This document shows, piece after piece, positions 18,597-28,762 of a stretch of 64,000 nucleotides of DNA. The notes under the pieces were generated by a model. That model made no database searches, was not told the DNA's origin, and was given only the letters and a program-made list of their open reading frames with translations. Source of the DNA: an uncultured Clostridia bacterium. Its GTDB lineage: Bacteria; Bacillota; Clostridia; Christensenellales; CALVMC01. Position 1 is the first letter of the stretch. Each line of letters begins with the position of its first letter. The stretch lies in assembly GCA_944342015.1 (NCBI GenBank), contig CALVMC010000001.1, forward strand, positions 249,241-313,240, read 5' to 3'. Made by a program: the position numbers and the translations under genes.

Positions 18597-20980
18597 TAAA
18601 TTACTCCGCTTTTAAAATATCTTCTTGTAAATTCTTCCCTTATTTCATTAAAACTGTTTTCATTATATTTTTTTAATATCGAAAGAGCTTTTTTGTCATC
18701 GATTTCGCTAAATCTTAAATATACGCCTAAACCGTTAGGCGGAAAAGCGTTGTTATCGGTTACGCAATAATTCAATAATTCAAAAACACATGAATTTGCT
18801 TTTTGTTTAAATAATTTAAATCGAAAACCGTTTCTTTCATAATATAACCGTCTCGAATCCGGCTTGGAACACTCGGAACAATTCCCTTCGAGCAAATTTT
18901 TATAAGGACAATAAATTAATTTCATTAAAGGCAAATATCCATACGAAAAGACATAGCAATTTAAATTGTTAAAATCGCTTAACTCTTTTTTCGATAGTTC
19001 ATAATACAAAGTTATATTATCGCAAAATTTATAAAAGTTCAGACTATTTTTGTTTGCTATATTCAGACCTGCACCTGCAAATATTTTTTTACCGAATTCT
19101 TTGGCAAGTTCAACAGCGTAAACATTTTCAGCATAAATTCCGTCAAAAGAAGTCGAGAGTTCTTTTAATATACTTTTATAAACTTCAATATCTTTTTTAT
19201 CGGCATAAACGGGCAATTTAATATACTTTTCAATATTACCTGCTTTTAACAGTGCTTTTCTGACATTTTCAATTTCGTATTTTTTGAAATTTAAAATCAG
19301 ACAATTACATAGCGAGGCTAAATTTTCAATATCGCAACTTTCATCTACTTCGGAAACAATTTTCACTCTATCGCTTTTAGAAAATTTTTGTGTAGTTTTA
19401 TCGTTTGATAATACTTTTTCATTTTCGCTTTTTTCTTTACAATTTGAATTTGTTATTTTTTTACTATTTAAATCACTATTAATAAATTGAGTTTTTTGGC
19501 AATTTTCTTTATATGAAATTGAATTCTTAGAATTTCTGTATTCTTTTAATAACTCTTCTTCAAGTAAAATTAAAAGATTTCTTCTGTCTTCTTTAATTAT
19601 CGATTTAGGGATAAATATATCGTTATCGATTTTCGAACTGATATTATCAACTTTAAATACAGTCGAACCGGTTTCGGAAAGTATATCATTAATATCAGTT
19701 TCGCTTATAGGCGAATTTTTAGCAGATTGCGCAATAAAGTTGCTTTTATAATACACCTGTACATTACCGTATTTTGCCCAAAGTTCTGCGCATTTATCTT
19801 TTTTATAAATACTTTTTATTTCAATGCCTAATTTTCTGTCGATATTTTTAAACTGTAATTGCAACTGCGCATCTTTTGTTAAACGAATCTCATCACCCTT
19901 TTTTGCATATTGAGGCAATTTAATTTTACATTTCCCGCCGTTTTCGACATCTTCGCCAAAATATTCAAATCCGCCTTTTTCCTTTCCTTGGTTTAAAATT
20001 TTATAACCGTTACCTTTATAAGGAAACAATTTGAACTCCACAAGATTTTTTTCAAGTACTTTACCTGCAAAAACCCCTATATTGTTTTGTGTTTTCGGAT
20101 AAATAATTTTATCGGAAAACGCCAATGTTTTTCCGAATTCTCCACGATTATATAACCTTTTCAAATCTTCTATATCCGAATTATTATATTTAAAGTCATT
20201 TTTTATAATTGTAGAATAGGTCTTTGCAAGTTGCGCAGCGTATTCCGAACTTTTTAATCTGCCTTCGACCTTAAAAGAATCTATTTTTAAATCTGCTAAA
20301 ATTTTTAATTTATCTATAAGGCACATATCATAAGTCGACAACAAATACCCGTCCCGTTTTTTCTCCGAGTCACAAAACAGATTATAATCTAACCGACAAA
20401 GTTGTTTGCACCTTCCCCTGTTTCCGCTGTTGCCGTTTATTGCTCCGCTTAAAAGACAAGCCCCCGAAAACGAGGAACACATTGCACCGTGTATAAAATA
20501 CTCGACTTCAAGGGATGTTTTTTCTTTTATATCCTTAATATCGTCTAATTTTGTTTCTCTTGAAAGTATTACTCTTTTAAATCCGTAACTTTCTAAAAAT
20601 TTAGCACCGTATAAATTACAAATACCCATTTGAGTGCTTGCATGCAATGGAATATCAATATTTTTTCTTTTTACGGCTTCATATACTGCAAAATCGTTTA
20701 CTATCAAAGCGTCCGCTTCCGCTTCTACTATTTTATCAAGATAGAGATCAAGTAATTTCAATTCGGAATTTTTTATAACCGTATTAAGAGCAATATAAGC
20801 TTTAACATTATATAAATGACAAAATCTTATACATTCTTTTATATCGTCAGTATCGATATTTTCCGCAGCCGCCCTCGCATTTAAATTACCTAATCCGAAA
20901 TATACTGCATCCGCACCGCAACTTACCGCAAGTTTAAGCGATCTCTTATTACCGGCAGGAATAAGTAATTCAGGCTTCAT
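18596..20980 (-). CDS. U32 family protein (collagenase-like peptidase / RNA hydroxylation family), long form
   Basis: 794 aa. The N-terminal region is typical of U32 (LLIPAGN..., AVYFG, HASTQM, RELS-like SRE). There is a low-complexity middle part and a second U32-like half. Confidence 0.8.
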   Translation of the reverse strand: MKPELLIPAGNKRSLKLAVSCGADAVYFGLGNLNARAAAENIDTDDIKECIRFCHLYNVKAYIALNTVIKNSELKLLDLYLDKIVEAEADALIVNDFAVYEAVKRKNIDIPLHASTQMGICNLYGAKFLESYGFKRVILSRETKLDDIKDIKEKTSLEVEYFIHGAMCSSFSGACLLSGAINGNSGNRGRCKQLCRLDYNLFCDSEKKRDGYLLSTYDMCLIDKLKILADLKIDSFKVEGRLKSSEYAAQLAKTYSTIIKNDFKYNNSDIEDLKRLYNRGEFGKTLAFSDKIIYPKTQNNIGVFAGKVLEKNLVEFKLFPYKGNGYKILNQGKEKGGFEYFGEDVENGGKCKIKLPQYAKKGDEIRLTKDAQLQLQFKNIDRKLGIEIKSIYKKDKCAELWAKYGNVQVYYKSNFIAQSAKNSPISETDINDILSETGSTVFKVDNISSKIDNDIFIPKSIIKEDRRNLLILLEEELLKEYRNSKNSISYKENCQKTQFINSDLNSKKITNSNCKEKSENEKVLSNDKTTQKFSKSDRVKIVSEVDESCDIENLASLCNCLILNFKKYEIENVRKALLKAGNIEKYIKLPVYADKKDIEVYKSILKELSTSFDGIYAENVYAVELAKEFGKKIFAGAGLNIANKNSLNFYKFCDNITLYYELSKKELSDFNNLNCYVFSYGYLPLMKLIYCPYKNLLEGNCSECSKPDSRRLYYERNGFRFKLFKQKANSCVFELLNYCVTDNNAFPPNGLGVYLRFSEIDDKKALSILKKYNENSFNEIREEFTRRYFKSGVI

Positions 20981-23364
20981 TATCTGAGTTTTGCCGAAAA
21001 TTCAATTTCGGTCTGCTTTAATATTTTATCCATAGCACGATTAATTTCTTCATCGCTAAGAGTTCTGTCGTTTGCTCTGAAAGTCAGGGAAAAAGCCATG
21101 CTTTTTTTGCCGCTTTCTATTTGTTTTCCGGAATATACATCAAAAACCGATACGCTTTCAAGTATTTTGCCTCCGACTCTTTTTAATAAATCAATTATAT
21201 CCGAAGCATTGACCTTTTCATCTACAATAAGCGCAATATCTCTGTCGGCAGACGGAAACTTAACCGGCTTTACGAATTGACGATAGGTTTTAAAATTATT
21301 TCTTATAAATTCCATATCCAATTCAGCAATATAAATTTTCCCTTTAATTGCGTAATTATCACATATTTCAGGGCTTATCTCACCCATTCTTCCTATAAGC
21401 TGTTCGCCGCTGAATATTTCGGCACAACGATAAGGATGCATATAATTCACTTTACCTGATTTATAGACGGTATCGATACATACTTTATCATATAAACTCT
21501 CAATAATTCCTTTCAAATCATAAAAGTCAAAACCGCCAAACATCGATATTATTAAACTGTCTTTTTCTTTCGGCAATTTTTCCAAAGGCAATTTTTCAGG
21601 AAGATATATTTTTGCAATTTCAAATAAACCTCCTTTTTTATTTCCCTTTGCCATATTAGACGCAACGGTTTCAAGCATACTGTGAACCAATGTAGTACGC
21701 ATTACACTTACTTGCTCGCCTAACGGATTAACGATTTTGACATGTTTATCGGCATATTCATCTTTTAGGATATTAAGCTTTTTAAAATACTCGGGCGAAG
21801 TGAACGAATAAGTAACAATTTCATTCAATCCCTTGTCTGCAAGTAAATTTTTAATTTTCCCCGATACGGAAAAATTATCGGGTATCTTTCCGCTAGTCTG
21901 ATGAGCATCTTTAAATAATATAGCATCTATTTTATCGTAACCGTAAAACCTTATCACTTCTTCCGCTATATCGTTAACGGTATTGATGTCTTCACGAACC
22001 GAAGGCGGAGTAACCGTAAAAGCATTTTTTGTCCCTTTCACTTCAAAATTTAAAGATTTTAATATCTTTTTCGCTTCCGTAAATTCTACATTTACTCCTA
22101 AAATTTCATTTATTTTTTCCATACTTGCATTTACGGATTTTTTCCCATCATCGCCTGTTCCGCATTCGAATACCCCTTTGCATATTTCACCGGAAGAAGT
22201 TTCGTCAATGAGCGCAAACGCTCTTTTTATTGCCGTTTCCTGCAAATAAGAACTTACGCCTTTTTCATAGCGTGAAGATGAATCGCTTTTTAAATTCAGT
22301 TCCCTGGAACTGCGCCTTATATTGTCTCTTGCAAATTTTGCAGACTCGAATACGATAGTGTCGGTTTCAGAATTTATCGACGAGTACTTCCCGCCCATTA
22401 TTCCGGCAATAGCAATAGGCTTAACATCGTCGCAAATAAGCAGATTATTTTCAGACAAACTCCTTTCCTTATCGTCAAGTGTGGTTATCTTTTCTTTTTT
22501 TTCAGCACACCTGACTTTTATCGAAGCATTTTTTATGTTATTATAATCGAATGCATGCATAGGTTGTCCAAGTTCGAAAAGTATATAATTCGTAATATCA
22601 ACTATATTATTTATCGGTCTTACCCCGCACGCTCTGAGTCTGTTCTTTATTTTTCTCGGCGAATCTTTGATTTGTATATTTTTTACCTTACCTGCCATAT
22701 AGTGCGGACAAAGCTTTAAGTCTTTGATTTCTACTTTTACATCGTTTTCTTCGTCAGATACCTTATAGTTCAATTTTAAAGGCTTTACCTTTTTCCCCAA
22801 ACATGCCGCAACTTCATGGGCAAGAAAATATATTCCGTTACAATCAGGACGGTTTGCGGTTATTCCGACATCGAGTACAATATCGTCTGTTCCGATAACC
22901 TTATTAATATCGATACCCGCATTTAAATTTGGTTCCAATATAAGTATTCCGTCGACTCCCGCTCCTTTATAATCATTTTCGGTTAAACCCAACTCTTCTC
23001 CTCCGCACATCATTCCGTCGGATTTAACATTGCGCAATTTTCCCTTTTTAATTACCGTGCCATCCGGCAACTTTGCCCCGTCTAACGCCACGGGCACCGT
23101 ATCCCCGACCTTTATATTTGTCGCCGCAGTAACCACTTGCAGTAAATTATCCGATCCTATATCAAGCTGACAAATTTGCAATCTGTCTGCATCGGGATGT
23201 TTTTCAATCTGCATAATTTTTGCAGTCACTACATTTTTTATATTTTGAGATAAATCTATAATTTTTTCGATTTCGAAACCGCAATTTACCATTTTATCGC
23301 AAAGTTCGTTTATTCCTACTTCGACATCTACATATTCCTTTAACCAACTTAACGGAACTAACAT
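20980..23364 (-). CDS. pheT: Phenylalanine--tRNA ligase beta subunit
   Basis: 794 aa. Starts MLVPLSWLKEY. Has tRNA-binding, B3/4, B5 and FDX-ACB domains in order. Confidence 0.97.
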   Translation of the reverse strand: MLVPLSWLKEYVDVEVGINELCDKMVNCGFEIEKIIDLSQNIKNVVTAKIMQIEKHPDADRLQICQLDIGSDNLLQVVTAATNIKVGDTVPVALDGAKLPDGTVIKKGKLRNVKSDGMMCGGEELGLTENDYKGAGVDGILILEPNLNAGIDINKVIGTDDIVLDVGITANRPDCNGIYFLAHEVAACLGKKVKPLKLNYKVSDEENDVKVEIKDLKLCPHYMAGKVKNIQIKDSPRKIKNRLRACGVRPINNIVDITNYILFELGQPMHAFDYNNIKNASIKVRCAEKKEKITTLDDKERSLSENNLLICDDVKPIAIAGIMGGKYSSINSETDTIVFESAKFARDNIRRSSRELNLKSDSSSRYEKGVSSYLQETAIKRAFALIDETSSGEICKGVFECGTGDDGKKSVNASMEKINEILGVNVEFTEAKKILKSLNFEVKGTKNAFTVTPPSVREDINTVNDIAEEVIRFYGYDKIDAILFKDAHQTSGKIPDNFSVSGKIKNLLADKGLNEIVTYSFTSPEYFKKLNILKDEYADKHVKIVNPLGEQVSVMRTTLVHSMLETVASNMAKGNKKGGLFEIAKIYLPEKLPLEKLPKEKDSLIISMFGGFDFYDLKGIIESLYDKVCIDTVYKSGKVNYMHPYRCAEIFSGEQLIGRMGEISPEICDNYAIKGKIYIAELDMEFIRNNFKTYRQFVKPVKFPSADRDIALIVDEKVNASDIIDLLKRVGGKILESVSVFDVYSGKQIESGKKSMAFSLTFRANDRTLSDEEINRAMDKILKQTEIEFSAKLR

Positions 23365-23374
23365 ATAACACCTC

Positions 23375-24394
23375 TTACTTATACTGTCTTAAAAATCTTA
23401 AATCATTATCAAATAAAATACGCATATCGTCGATGCCATACTTTATCATCGCTATTCTTTCTATACCGCAACCGAAAGCAAATCCGCTGTATTTTTTAGA
23501 ATCTATATTCGATTGTTCCAAAACGGCAGGATTAACTATACCGGCTCCTAAAATTTCTATCCAACCCGTTCCTTTGCATATTTTACATCCCTTACCTTTG
23601 CATATCGAACAGGAAACATCTACTTCCACGCTGGGTTCGGTAAATGGGAAATATGAGGGACGGAATCTGATTTTCGTATCCTTGGAAAAAATATTTTTGG
23701 CAAATTCTTCAAGCACGCCTTTTAAATCTCCCAATGAAATATGTTCATCGATACAAAGACCTTCTATCTGATGGAACATAGGACTATGCGTTGCGTCGTC
23801 ATCGGCACGATAAACTCTGCCCGGATTGACTATTCTTATTGGGGGTTTACTTATTTCCATATTTCTGACCTGAACAGGAGAAGTATGAGAACGAAGAACA
23901 ATATTTTCATTAATATAAAAGGTATCCTGCATATCCCTGGCAGGATGATCTTTCGGAATATTTAAGGCCTGAAAACAATAGTAGTCGGTTTCGATTTCAG
24001 GACCTTCTTTGTATTCGAACCCCAAACCTGAAAAAACCGAAATAATTTCATCGATTATTTTAGTTATAGGATGAAGACTTCCTCTTGTTGTGTTTTTTCC
24101 CGGAAGAGTTACATCTATCCATTCTTTTTCAAGCAAAATACCGCTTTCGGATTTTTTTAATTCCCCTTCTTTTTCATCTAAAAGAGTTTGAATTTTTTCT
24201 CTTGCATCATTAACTGTTTTCCCTGCAAAAGGTCTTTGTTCAGAAGGAAGATCCCGCAGATTTTTTAAGAGCGCAGTTATCAAACCGTTTTTACCTAAGT
24301 ATTTTATCTTTATCCGGTTTAGATCATTCAGGTCATTACATTGATTTAAATAATCCGAACATTCTTTGACAAGCATTTCAGTTTTTTCTTTCAT
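23375..24394 (-). CDS. pheS: Phenylalanine--tRNA ligase alpha subunit
   Basis: 339 aa. Class II motifs are present (HPARDMQDTFY, FRPSYFPFTEPS, GFAFGCGIERIAM). Confidence 0.97.
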   Translation of the reverse strand: MKEKTEMLVKECSDYLNQCNDLNDLNRIKIKYLGKNGLITALLKNLRDLPSEQRPFAGKTVNDAREKIQTLLDEKEGELKKSESGILLEKEWIDVTLPGKNTTRGSLHPITKIIDEIISVFSGLGFEYKEGPEIETDYYCFQALNIPKDHPARDMQDTFYINENIVLRSHTSPVQVRNMEISKPPIRIVNPGRVYRADDDATHSPMFHQIEGLCIDEHISLGDLKGVLEEFAKNIFSKDTKIRFRPSYFPFTEPSVEVDVSCSICKGKGCKICKGTGWIEILGAGIVNPAVLEQSNIDSKKYSGFAFGCGIERIAMIKYGIDDMRILFDNDLRFLRQYK

Positions 24395-24426
24395 ATCGGT
24401 TCCTCGTAATTTAAATATTAATAAAT

Positions 24427-24455
24427 ATAATATAACAAATAAATTATAAGGTCAA
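24427..24455 (-). promoter_or_regulatory. Sigma-A type promoter candidate for pheST
   Basis: On the minus strand: TTGACC (24455-24450), 17-nt spacer, TATTAT (24432-24427). This leaves only about a 25-nt leader. Confidence 0.5.
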
Positions 24456-24512
24456 CTGTTAAAGTTTAAACTATAAATTAAAATAAAAATAGGCAAACCG
24501 CTTTAAATAAAA

Positions 24513-25145
24513 CTAATTATTAAATTCAATGTAATTTTCAGGAATATTTCCAAGAAAAATATTTTCGCATACTAAAATAGAAACAGTATTTTCTATTGAT
24601 TTTTTCGACATGGGAAGTATTATGTCGGTATTTATATATAAATTTAAATATAACGCATGTCGTGTTTTATTGATACCGACACTTTCAAATTCCGATTTTA
24701 ATTCACCGTGAATACTTTCGTTGCTTTCTATGTTAATATTTATACCAGGTCCGATTTCGGAAAAATAAGCTATTCCGCTGAATAAGCCCAAAGGCAGAGT
24801 AATTACTTTTCCCTTGCTATTCATTTGCTCCCGGGCGTCAAAACACAACATTTGCATTAATAAATTGATTTGTATAGTATCGATTTTTAAAATTTCAATT
24901 TCGCCGTTATTATTTTTTTCAACGGTTACAAAATCAGCATAATCGGATTTAGCAAAAACAACGCTTGCAGAATTGTTTACAATCTCATAAACGAGTTTAT
25001 TTATTTTACTTTCAGCAACGCTTTTTATTAATGGCAATGAAACAAAATTGTAATGAATTAAAAATAACGATAATAAAATTATTATCGTTAAAAAAAATTT
25101 TAAAATTATATGTCGGTTCTTTCTTTTTCCCGTATTGTAGCCCAT
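24513..25145 (-). CDS. yunB: Sporulation protein YunB-like
   Basis: 210 aa. N-terminal TM segment. The central LPLGLFSG...IGPGI and the C-terminal GINKT...V...ENIFLGNIPENY pattern resemble YunB. Lies directly downstream of the spoVA genes. Confidence 0.65.
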   Translation of the reverse strand: MGYNTGKRKNRHIILKFFLTIIILLSLFLIHYNFVSLPLIKSVAESKINKLVYEIVNNSASVVFAKSDYADFVTVEKNNNGEIEILKIDTIQINLLMQMLCFDAREQMNSKGKVITLPLGLFSGIAYFSEIGPGININIESNESIHGELKSEFESVGINKTRHALYLNLYINTDIILPMSKKSIENTVSILVCENIFLGNIPENYIEFNN

Positions 25146-25180
25146 AATTATTATAATTTATGAGCTAAAATAAAATAATA

Positions 25181-25558
25181 TTAAACTTTTTTTGAATGAG
25201 GACTGAAAATCAACGCATATATAAACGAGAAAAATATTGCCGCTGTAATACCAACGGATACGCTTTTCATTCCGCCCGCAAAAGCCCCCATTATATCGTC
25301 TTCCATCACTGCGGTAATTACTCCTTTAACAAGACTGCTGCCAAATCCGCAAATAGGTATTTTTACACCCGCCATTCCAAAATCAGCTACCGCATCAAAC
25401 AAACCGAAAGCTTCGAGCACTACCCCCAAAAGCAGAAATATTACAAGAATTCTCGCAGATGTCATTTTAGTGGTATTAATCAAAATTTGCCCCAACATGC
25501 AAATACCGCCACCGACGGCAAATACCTGCAAATATCTTAAAAAAATCTCCAATGCCAT
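25181..25558 (-). CDS. spoVAE: Stage V sporulation protein AE (SpoVAEB-type)
   Basis: 125 aa polytopic membrane protein with a GFGSSLVKG motif. Third gene of a spoVAC-D-E operon. Confidence 0.85.
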   Translation of the reverse strand: MALEIFLRYLQVFAVGGGICMLGQILINTTKMTSARILVIFLLLGVVLEAFGLFDAVADFGMAGVKIPICGFGSSLVKGVITAVMEDDIMGAFAGGMKSVSVGITAAIFFSFIYALIFSPHSKKV

Positions 25559-25657
25559 AATAAATCCCCTTTTAAAAACACTGCTTCATTAAACTTTTAA
25601 ATAAATTACAAACCAATAAATTATTATTTTTTTTATTTTTTCATATTAAATAATTTA

Positions 25658-26665
25658 TTAATTATACCTATATCCGATCGAAACGGCATGAGCAATACCC
25701 GGTATCGTTTCTCCCTGCATAGAAGCCGTTTTACTCAATAATGCTCCGGTAGGAACCAACAAGACTTTTTTTAAATTACCCGATTTCATTTGTTTGATTA
25801 TATATGAATTAAAAACAAGACTACTACAACCCGCTCCGCTTCCGCCTTGTATTGTTTGAGGCTGATTATTAAATATCATGGATCCGCAGTCACTATGAAC
25901 ATCTTTTAATTCAAATCCTCTTTCACGAGCAAGCTCCAAAAGAAGTTTGCTGCCGAATTTGCCCAAATCTCCCGTAATAATTAGATCGTAAAATTCAGGA
26001 GAAATATTTAAATCGTTTAAATGTGTGCAAATCGTATCGCATGCGGCAGGAGCCATAACCGCTCCCATATTATTTGCATCTTTTACCCCTAAATCTATTA
26101 CCCGTCCGATAGTACAGGCAAAAATTTCAGGACCTTCTCCGTCAGAACTTAAAACACTGCAACCGCTTCCCGTAACCGTCCATTGCGAAGTCGGAGTCGG
26201 CTGAGTTCCCAACTCCAAAGGGTATCTGTACTGTCTTTCGGCGGTAGAAAAATGACTGCTTGTAGAACAAGTTACATTTTTAAATGATCCCGAAGATATC
26301 ATTAATGAAGCAACACACAACATTTCGCCGAATGTCGAACATGCTCCATAAAAACCCAAATAAGGGATTTCTATGTCTTTTGCGGAATAAGACGAAGCAA
26401 TAATCTGATTCAATAAATCTCCGCACATCACTGCATTTACATCCTTGAATTCTAAACCGGACATATCCAAAGCCTTCATAATCGCCGTATGATGCATCTT
26501 ACATTCGGCAAGTTCGTGGCTTTTTTCTCCCCACTCGTCGCTATCAAGCTTCAAATCGAAAAAATTACCTAGCATTCCTTTCGATTCAACAGGACCTGCA
26601 ACCGAATAATGCGCAATTATCTTAGGAGGATTTTCCAATGCATAACTTTGTTCGCCTAACTTCAT
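25658..26665 (-). CDS. spoVAD: Stage V sporulation protein AD (thiolase-fold, DPA-binding)
   Basis: 335 aa. Thiolase-like sequence (GACSTFGE, GGSGAGCS). Sits between spoVAC and spoVAE. Confidence 0.92.
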   Translation of the reverse strand: MKLGEQSYALENPPKIIAHYSVAGPVESKGMLGNFFDLKLDSDEWGEKSHELAECKMHHTAIMKALDMSGLEFKDVNAVMCGDLLNQIIASSYSAKDIEIPYLGFYGACSTFGEMLCVASLMISSGSFKNVTCSTSSHFSTAERQYRYPLELGTQPTPTSQWTVTGSGCSVLSSDGEGPEIFACTIGRVIDLGVKDANNMGAVMAPAACDTICTHLNDLNISPEFYDLIITGDLGKFGSKLLLELARERGFELKDVHSDCGSMIFNNQPQTIQGGSGAGCSSLVFNSYIIKQMKSGNLKKVLLVPTGALLSKTASMQGETIPGIAHAVSIGYRYN

Positions 26666-26680
26666 TTTGATTTACCTGCT

Positions 26681-27124
26681 TTAAAATAATGAAACTATAT
26701 AATAACAAATTCCTACCGCAACAGACGCCGCTATACCGCTTACAATAATCGGCCCTGCAATAACAAACATTTTACTCATTAATCCGAAAATAATGCCTTC
26801 TCTTTTATACTCCATTGCAGGAGAAGTTACAGAGTTCGCAAACCCGGTTATAGGTATAATTGAACCGCCGCCTGCATATCTTCCGATTTTATCATAAACG
26901 CCGAGCGCAGTTAAAGTTGAGCCCAAAAAAATCATAACCAATGTAGTTATCGCCCATATATCGTCATCGGGCACCAAAGGGAGAAGAGCTTGTATAGTAT
27001 CAAAAATACTCTGTCCTATACAACAAATCAAGCCTCCGACCCAAAAAGCCGCAAACATCGTCGAAAGATGTTTTGACTTAGGGGCAGTTTTAGAAACATA
27101 TTCACTGTACTCTTTCTTGTTCAT
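26681..27124 (-). CDS. spoVAC: Stage V sporulation protein AC
   Basis: The ORF-track start at 27142 is a TTG. ATG at 27124 (MNKKEY...) is preceded by GAGGAGAG at correct spacing. Membrane protein with the GFANSV motif of the SpoVAC/SpoVAEB family. Confidence 0.9.
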   Translation of the reverse strand: MNKKEYSEYVSKTAPKSKHLSTMFAAFWVGGLICCIGQSIFDTIQALLPLVPDDDIWAITTLVMIFLGSTLTALGVYDKIGRYAGGGSIIPITGFANSVTSPAMEYKREGIIFGLMSKMFVIAGPIIVSGIAASVAVGICYYIVSLF

Positions 27125-27191
27125 CGATATTTCTCTCCTCAAAGGAAACGGCGCTTTTTATGCGAGTTTCTTTTTCGTCCAAATTTTTAAA

Positions 27192-27259
27192 ACAAAAAAA
27201 ATCCGTCATAGTTTTTCCTCAATTTTAGTATGAGTAAGTTAAAAAAAACTATACGGATT
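27192..27259 (-). terminator. Terminator-like hairpin after sigF (16 bp, one bulge, large loop) followed by a U-tract
   Basis: Minus strand reads AATCCGTATAGTTTTT, then a roughly 27-nt loop, then AAAAACTATGACGGATT, then TTTTTTTTGTTTT. It lies between the sigF stop (27294) and the spoVAC start (27124). Confidence 0.55.
27226..27254 (-). promoter_or_regulatory. Forespore sigma-G (or sigma-F) type promoter candidate for spoVA operon
   Basis: Minus strand: GTATA (27254-27250), 17-nt spacer, CATACTA (27232-27226). This matches the sigma-G consensus GHATR-N17/18-CATXHTA. spoVA is sigma-G dependent in B. subtilis. Confidence 0.55.
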
Positions 27260-27293
27260 AATCAAGTATTATATTTTAATCTTAAATTTATAA

Positions 27294-28010
27294 TTATTTA
27301 TTCATAAATGATTTTATTTTTTCCAAGACCTTACTTTCTATTCTCGATATCTGAACCTGAGATACTCCCATTAATTCAGCTATTTCGCTTTGAGTTTTGT
27401 CCCTGAAATATCTGAGTATTATTATTTTCTTTTCCCTCTCCGGTAGTGTAGATATTATCTCTTTCAACATCATATTATCCACAATGTCTTCCTGTTCGTC
27501 ATATGATACAATTCTGTCTATTAACGGTTGTCCGTCATCATCAAATTTATCATATAGAGAAAGAGGAAATTTATTACTGTCCATTATAAAAATAACTTCC
27601 TGCTCGTCTATTTCGAATTTTTTTGCAATTTCGCTTATTTGCGGCTCTTTTTCGTTCAGATTTTTATACTCTTCTATATATGCCATTATTTTGGAATTAA
27701 GCGACTTAACCGCCCTTGAAACCTTTATCGCTCCGTCATCTCTTATATATCTCTTTATCTCGCCCGTAATCATCGGTACTGCGTAAGTTGAAAAATGTAC
27801 ATTATATTCCGTATTAAAATTATTTATAGCTTTAATTATTCCGAGTGCCCCTAATTGTATTAAATCATCATATTCTATCTTCTTTCCTCTATATCTTTTT
27901 ACTATACTTTTAATCAATGGCATATTATGTTCGATAAGTTTTTCTTTAGCACCGTCATCGCCGTCCTGCGCCGATTTAATAAGTTTTATAGTCTCATCGT
28001 GGCTGAGCAT
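27294..28010 (-). CDS. sigF: RNA polymerase sporulation sigma factor F
   Basis: 238 aa sigma-70 family protein with regions 2-4. Third gene after spoIIAA and spoIIAB. Its start overlaps the spoIIAB stop by 1 nt. Confidence 0.93.
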   Translation of the reverse strand: MLSHDETIKLIKSAQDGDDGAKEKLIEHNMPLIKSIVKRYRGKKIEYDDLIQLGALGIIKAINNFNTEYNVHFSTYAVPMITGEIKRYIRDDGAIKVSRAVKSLNSKIMAYIEEYKNLNEKEPQISEIAKKFEIDEQEVIFIMDSNKFPLSLYDKFDDDGQPLIDRIVSYDEQEDIVDNMMLKEIISTLPEREKKIIILRYFRDKTQSEIAELMGVSQVQISRIESKVLEKIKSFMNK

Positions 28011-28453
28011 TAATTCTCCTCCGAAACGTCATTAAACTTTTTAGTCATCACTATCTTTGTGCCTTTGTTTTTTTCAGATGTTACACTAAGGCTGGTCATA
28101 AAAGTCTGCATTACGGTAAATCCCATTCCGCTTCGCTCATCTTCGGGCTTAGATGTGTAAAAAGGCTGCATGGCTTCTTCTATATTCTCTATTCCCTTTC
28201 CGGTATCTTCGATAGTGATTTTTACTTGGTTTTCGTATAATTCGGCTTCGAGTATGATTATTCCCTTTCCGCTCTTTTCATAACCATGTACTATCGCATT
28301 TGTTACAGCTTCGGAAACGGCTGTTTTTATATCGTTTATATCTTCCATATCGGGATTTTGCGTTACGCAAAATGCCGCCGCAACACTACGAGCAAATGCT
28401 TCGTTAATACTTATTGCATCAAATTCAAGTTTCATCCTGTTTATTAATTTCAT
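28010..28453 (-). CDS. spoIIAB: Anti-sigma F factor (serine protein kinase SpoIIAB)
   Basis: 147 aa. GHKL-type kinase motifs (EAVTNAIVHGY, DTGKGI, GMGF). Confidence 0.93.
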   Translation of the reverse strand: MKLINRMKLEFDAISINEAFARSVAAAFCVTQNPDMEDINDIKTAVSEAVTNAIVHGYEKSGKGIIILEAELYENQVKITIEDTGKGIENIEEAMQPFYTSKPEDERSGMGFTVMQTFMTSLSVTSEKNKGTKIVMTKKFNDVSEEN

Positions 28454-28456
28454 ATT

Positions 28457-28762
28457 TCACTCCTCGATTTTATTAAATATCTGATATATTCCGCTTGCCT
28501 TCAATAATTTATCCAAATAAGCATTACTGCTTCCTATATACATATTGCAAGACTTGTGTTTTTTATATCTGCCCAATAGCACCCCTATTCCTGTACTGTC
28601 CATAAAATTCAAATTTTCCAAATTAAAAACGACAATATTTTTACCTGCCGATTCTATCAGGTCATCCAATCTTTCTCTTGCCGAATGCGAGGAATGTTCG
28701 TCTAATTCGCCCGATAAATACAATTCAAGAGTATTTCCCATAGCACGGTGTTTAATATTCAT
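28457..28762 (-). CDS. spoIIAA: Anti-sigma F factor antagonist (STAS domain, SpoIIAA)
   Basis: 101 aa. STAS fold with the phosphorylatable Ser in FMDSTGIGVLLG. GGAGGGAAAG RBS. Confidence 0.9.
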   Translation of the reverse strand: MNIKHRAMGNTLELYLSGELDEHSSHSARERLDDLIESAGKNIVVFNLENLNFMDSTGIGVLLGRYKKHKSCNMYIGSSNAYLDKLLKASGIYQIFNKIEE

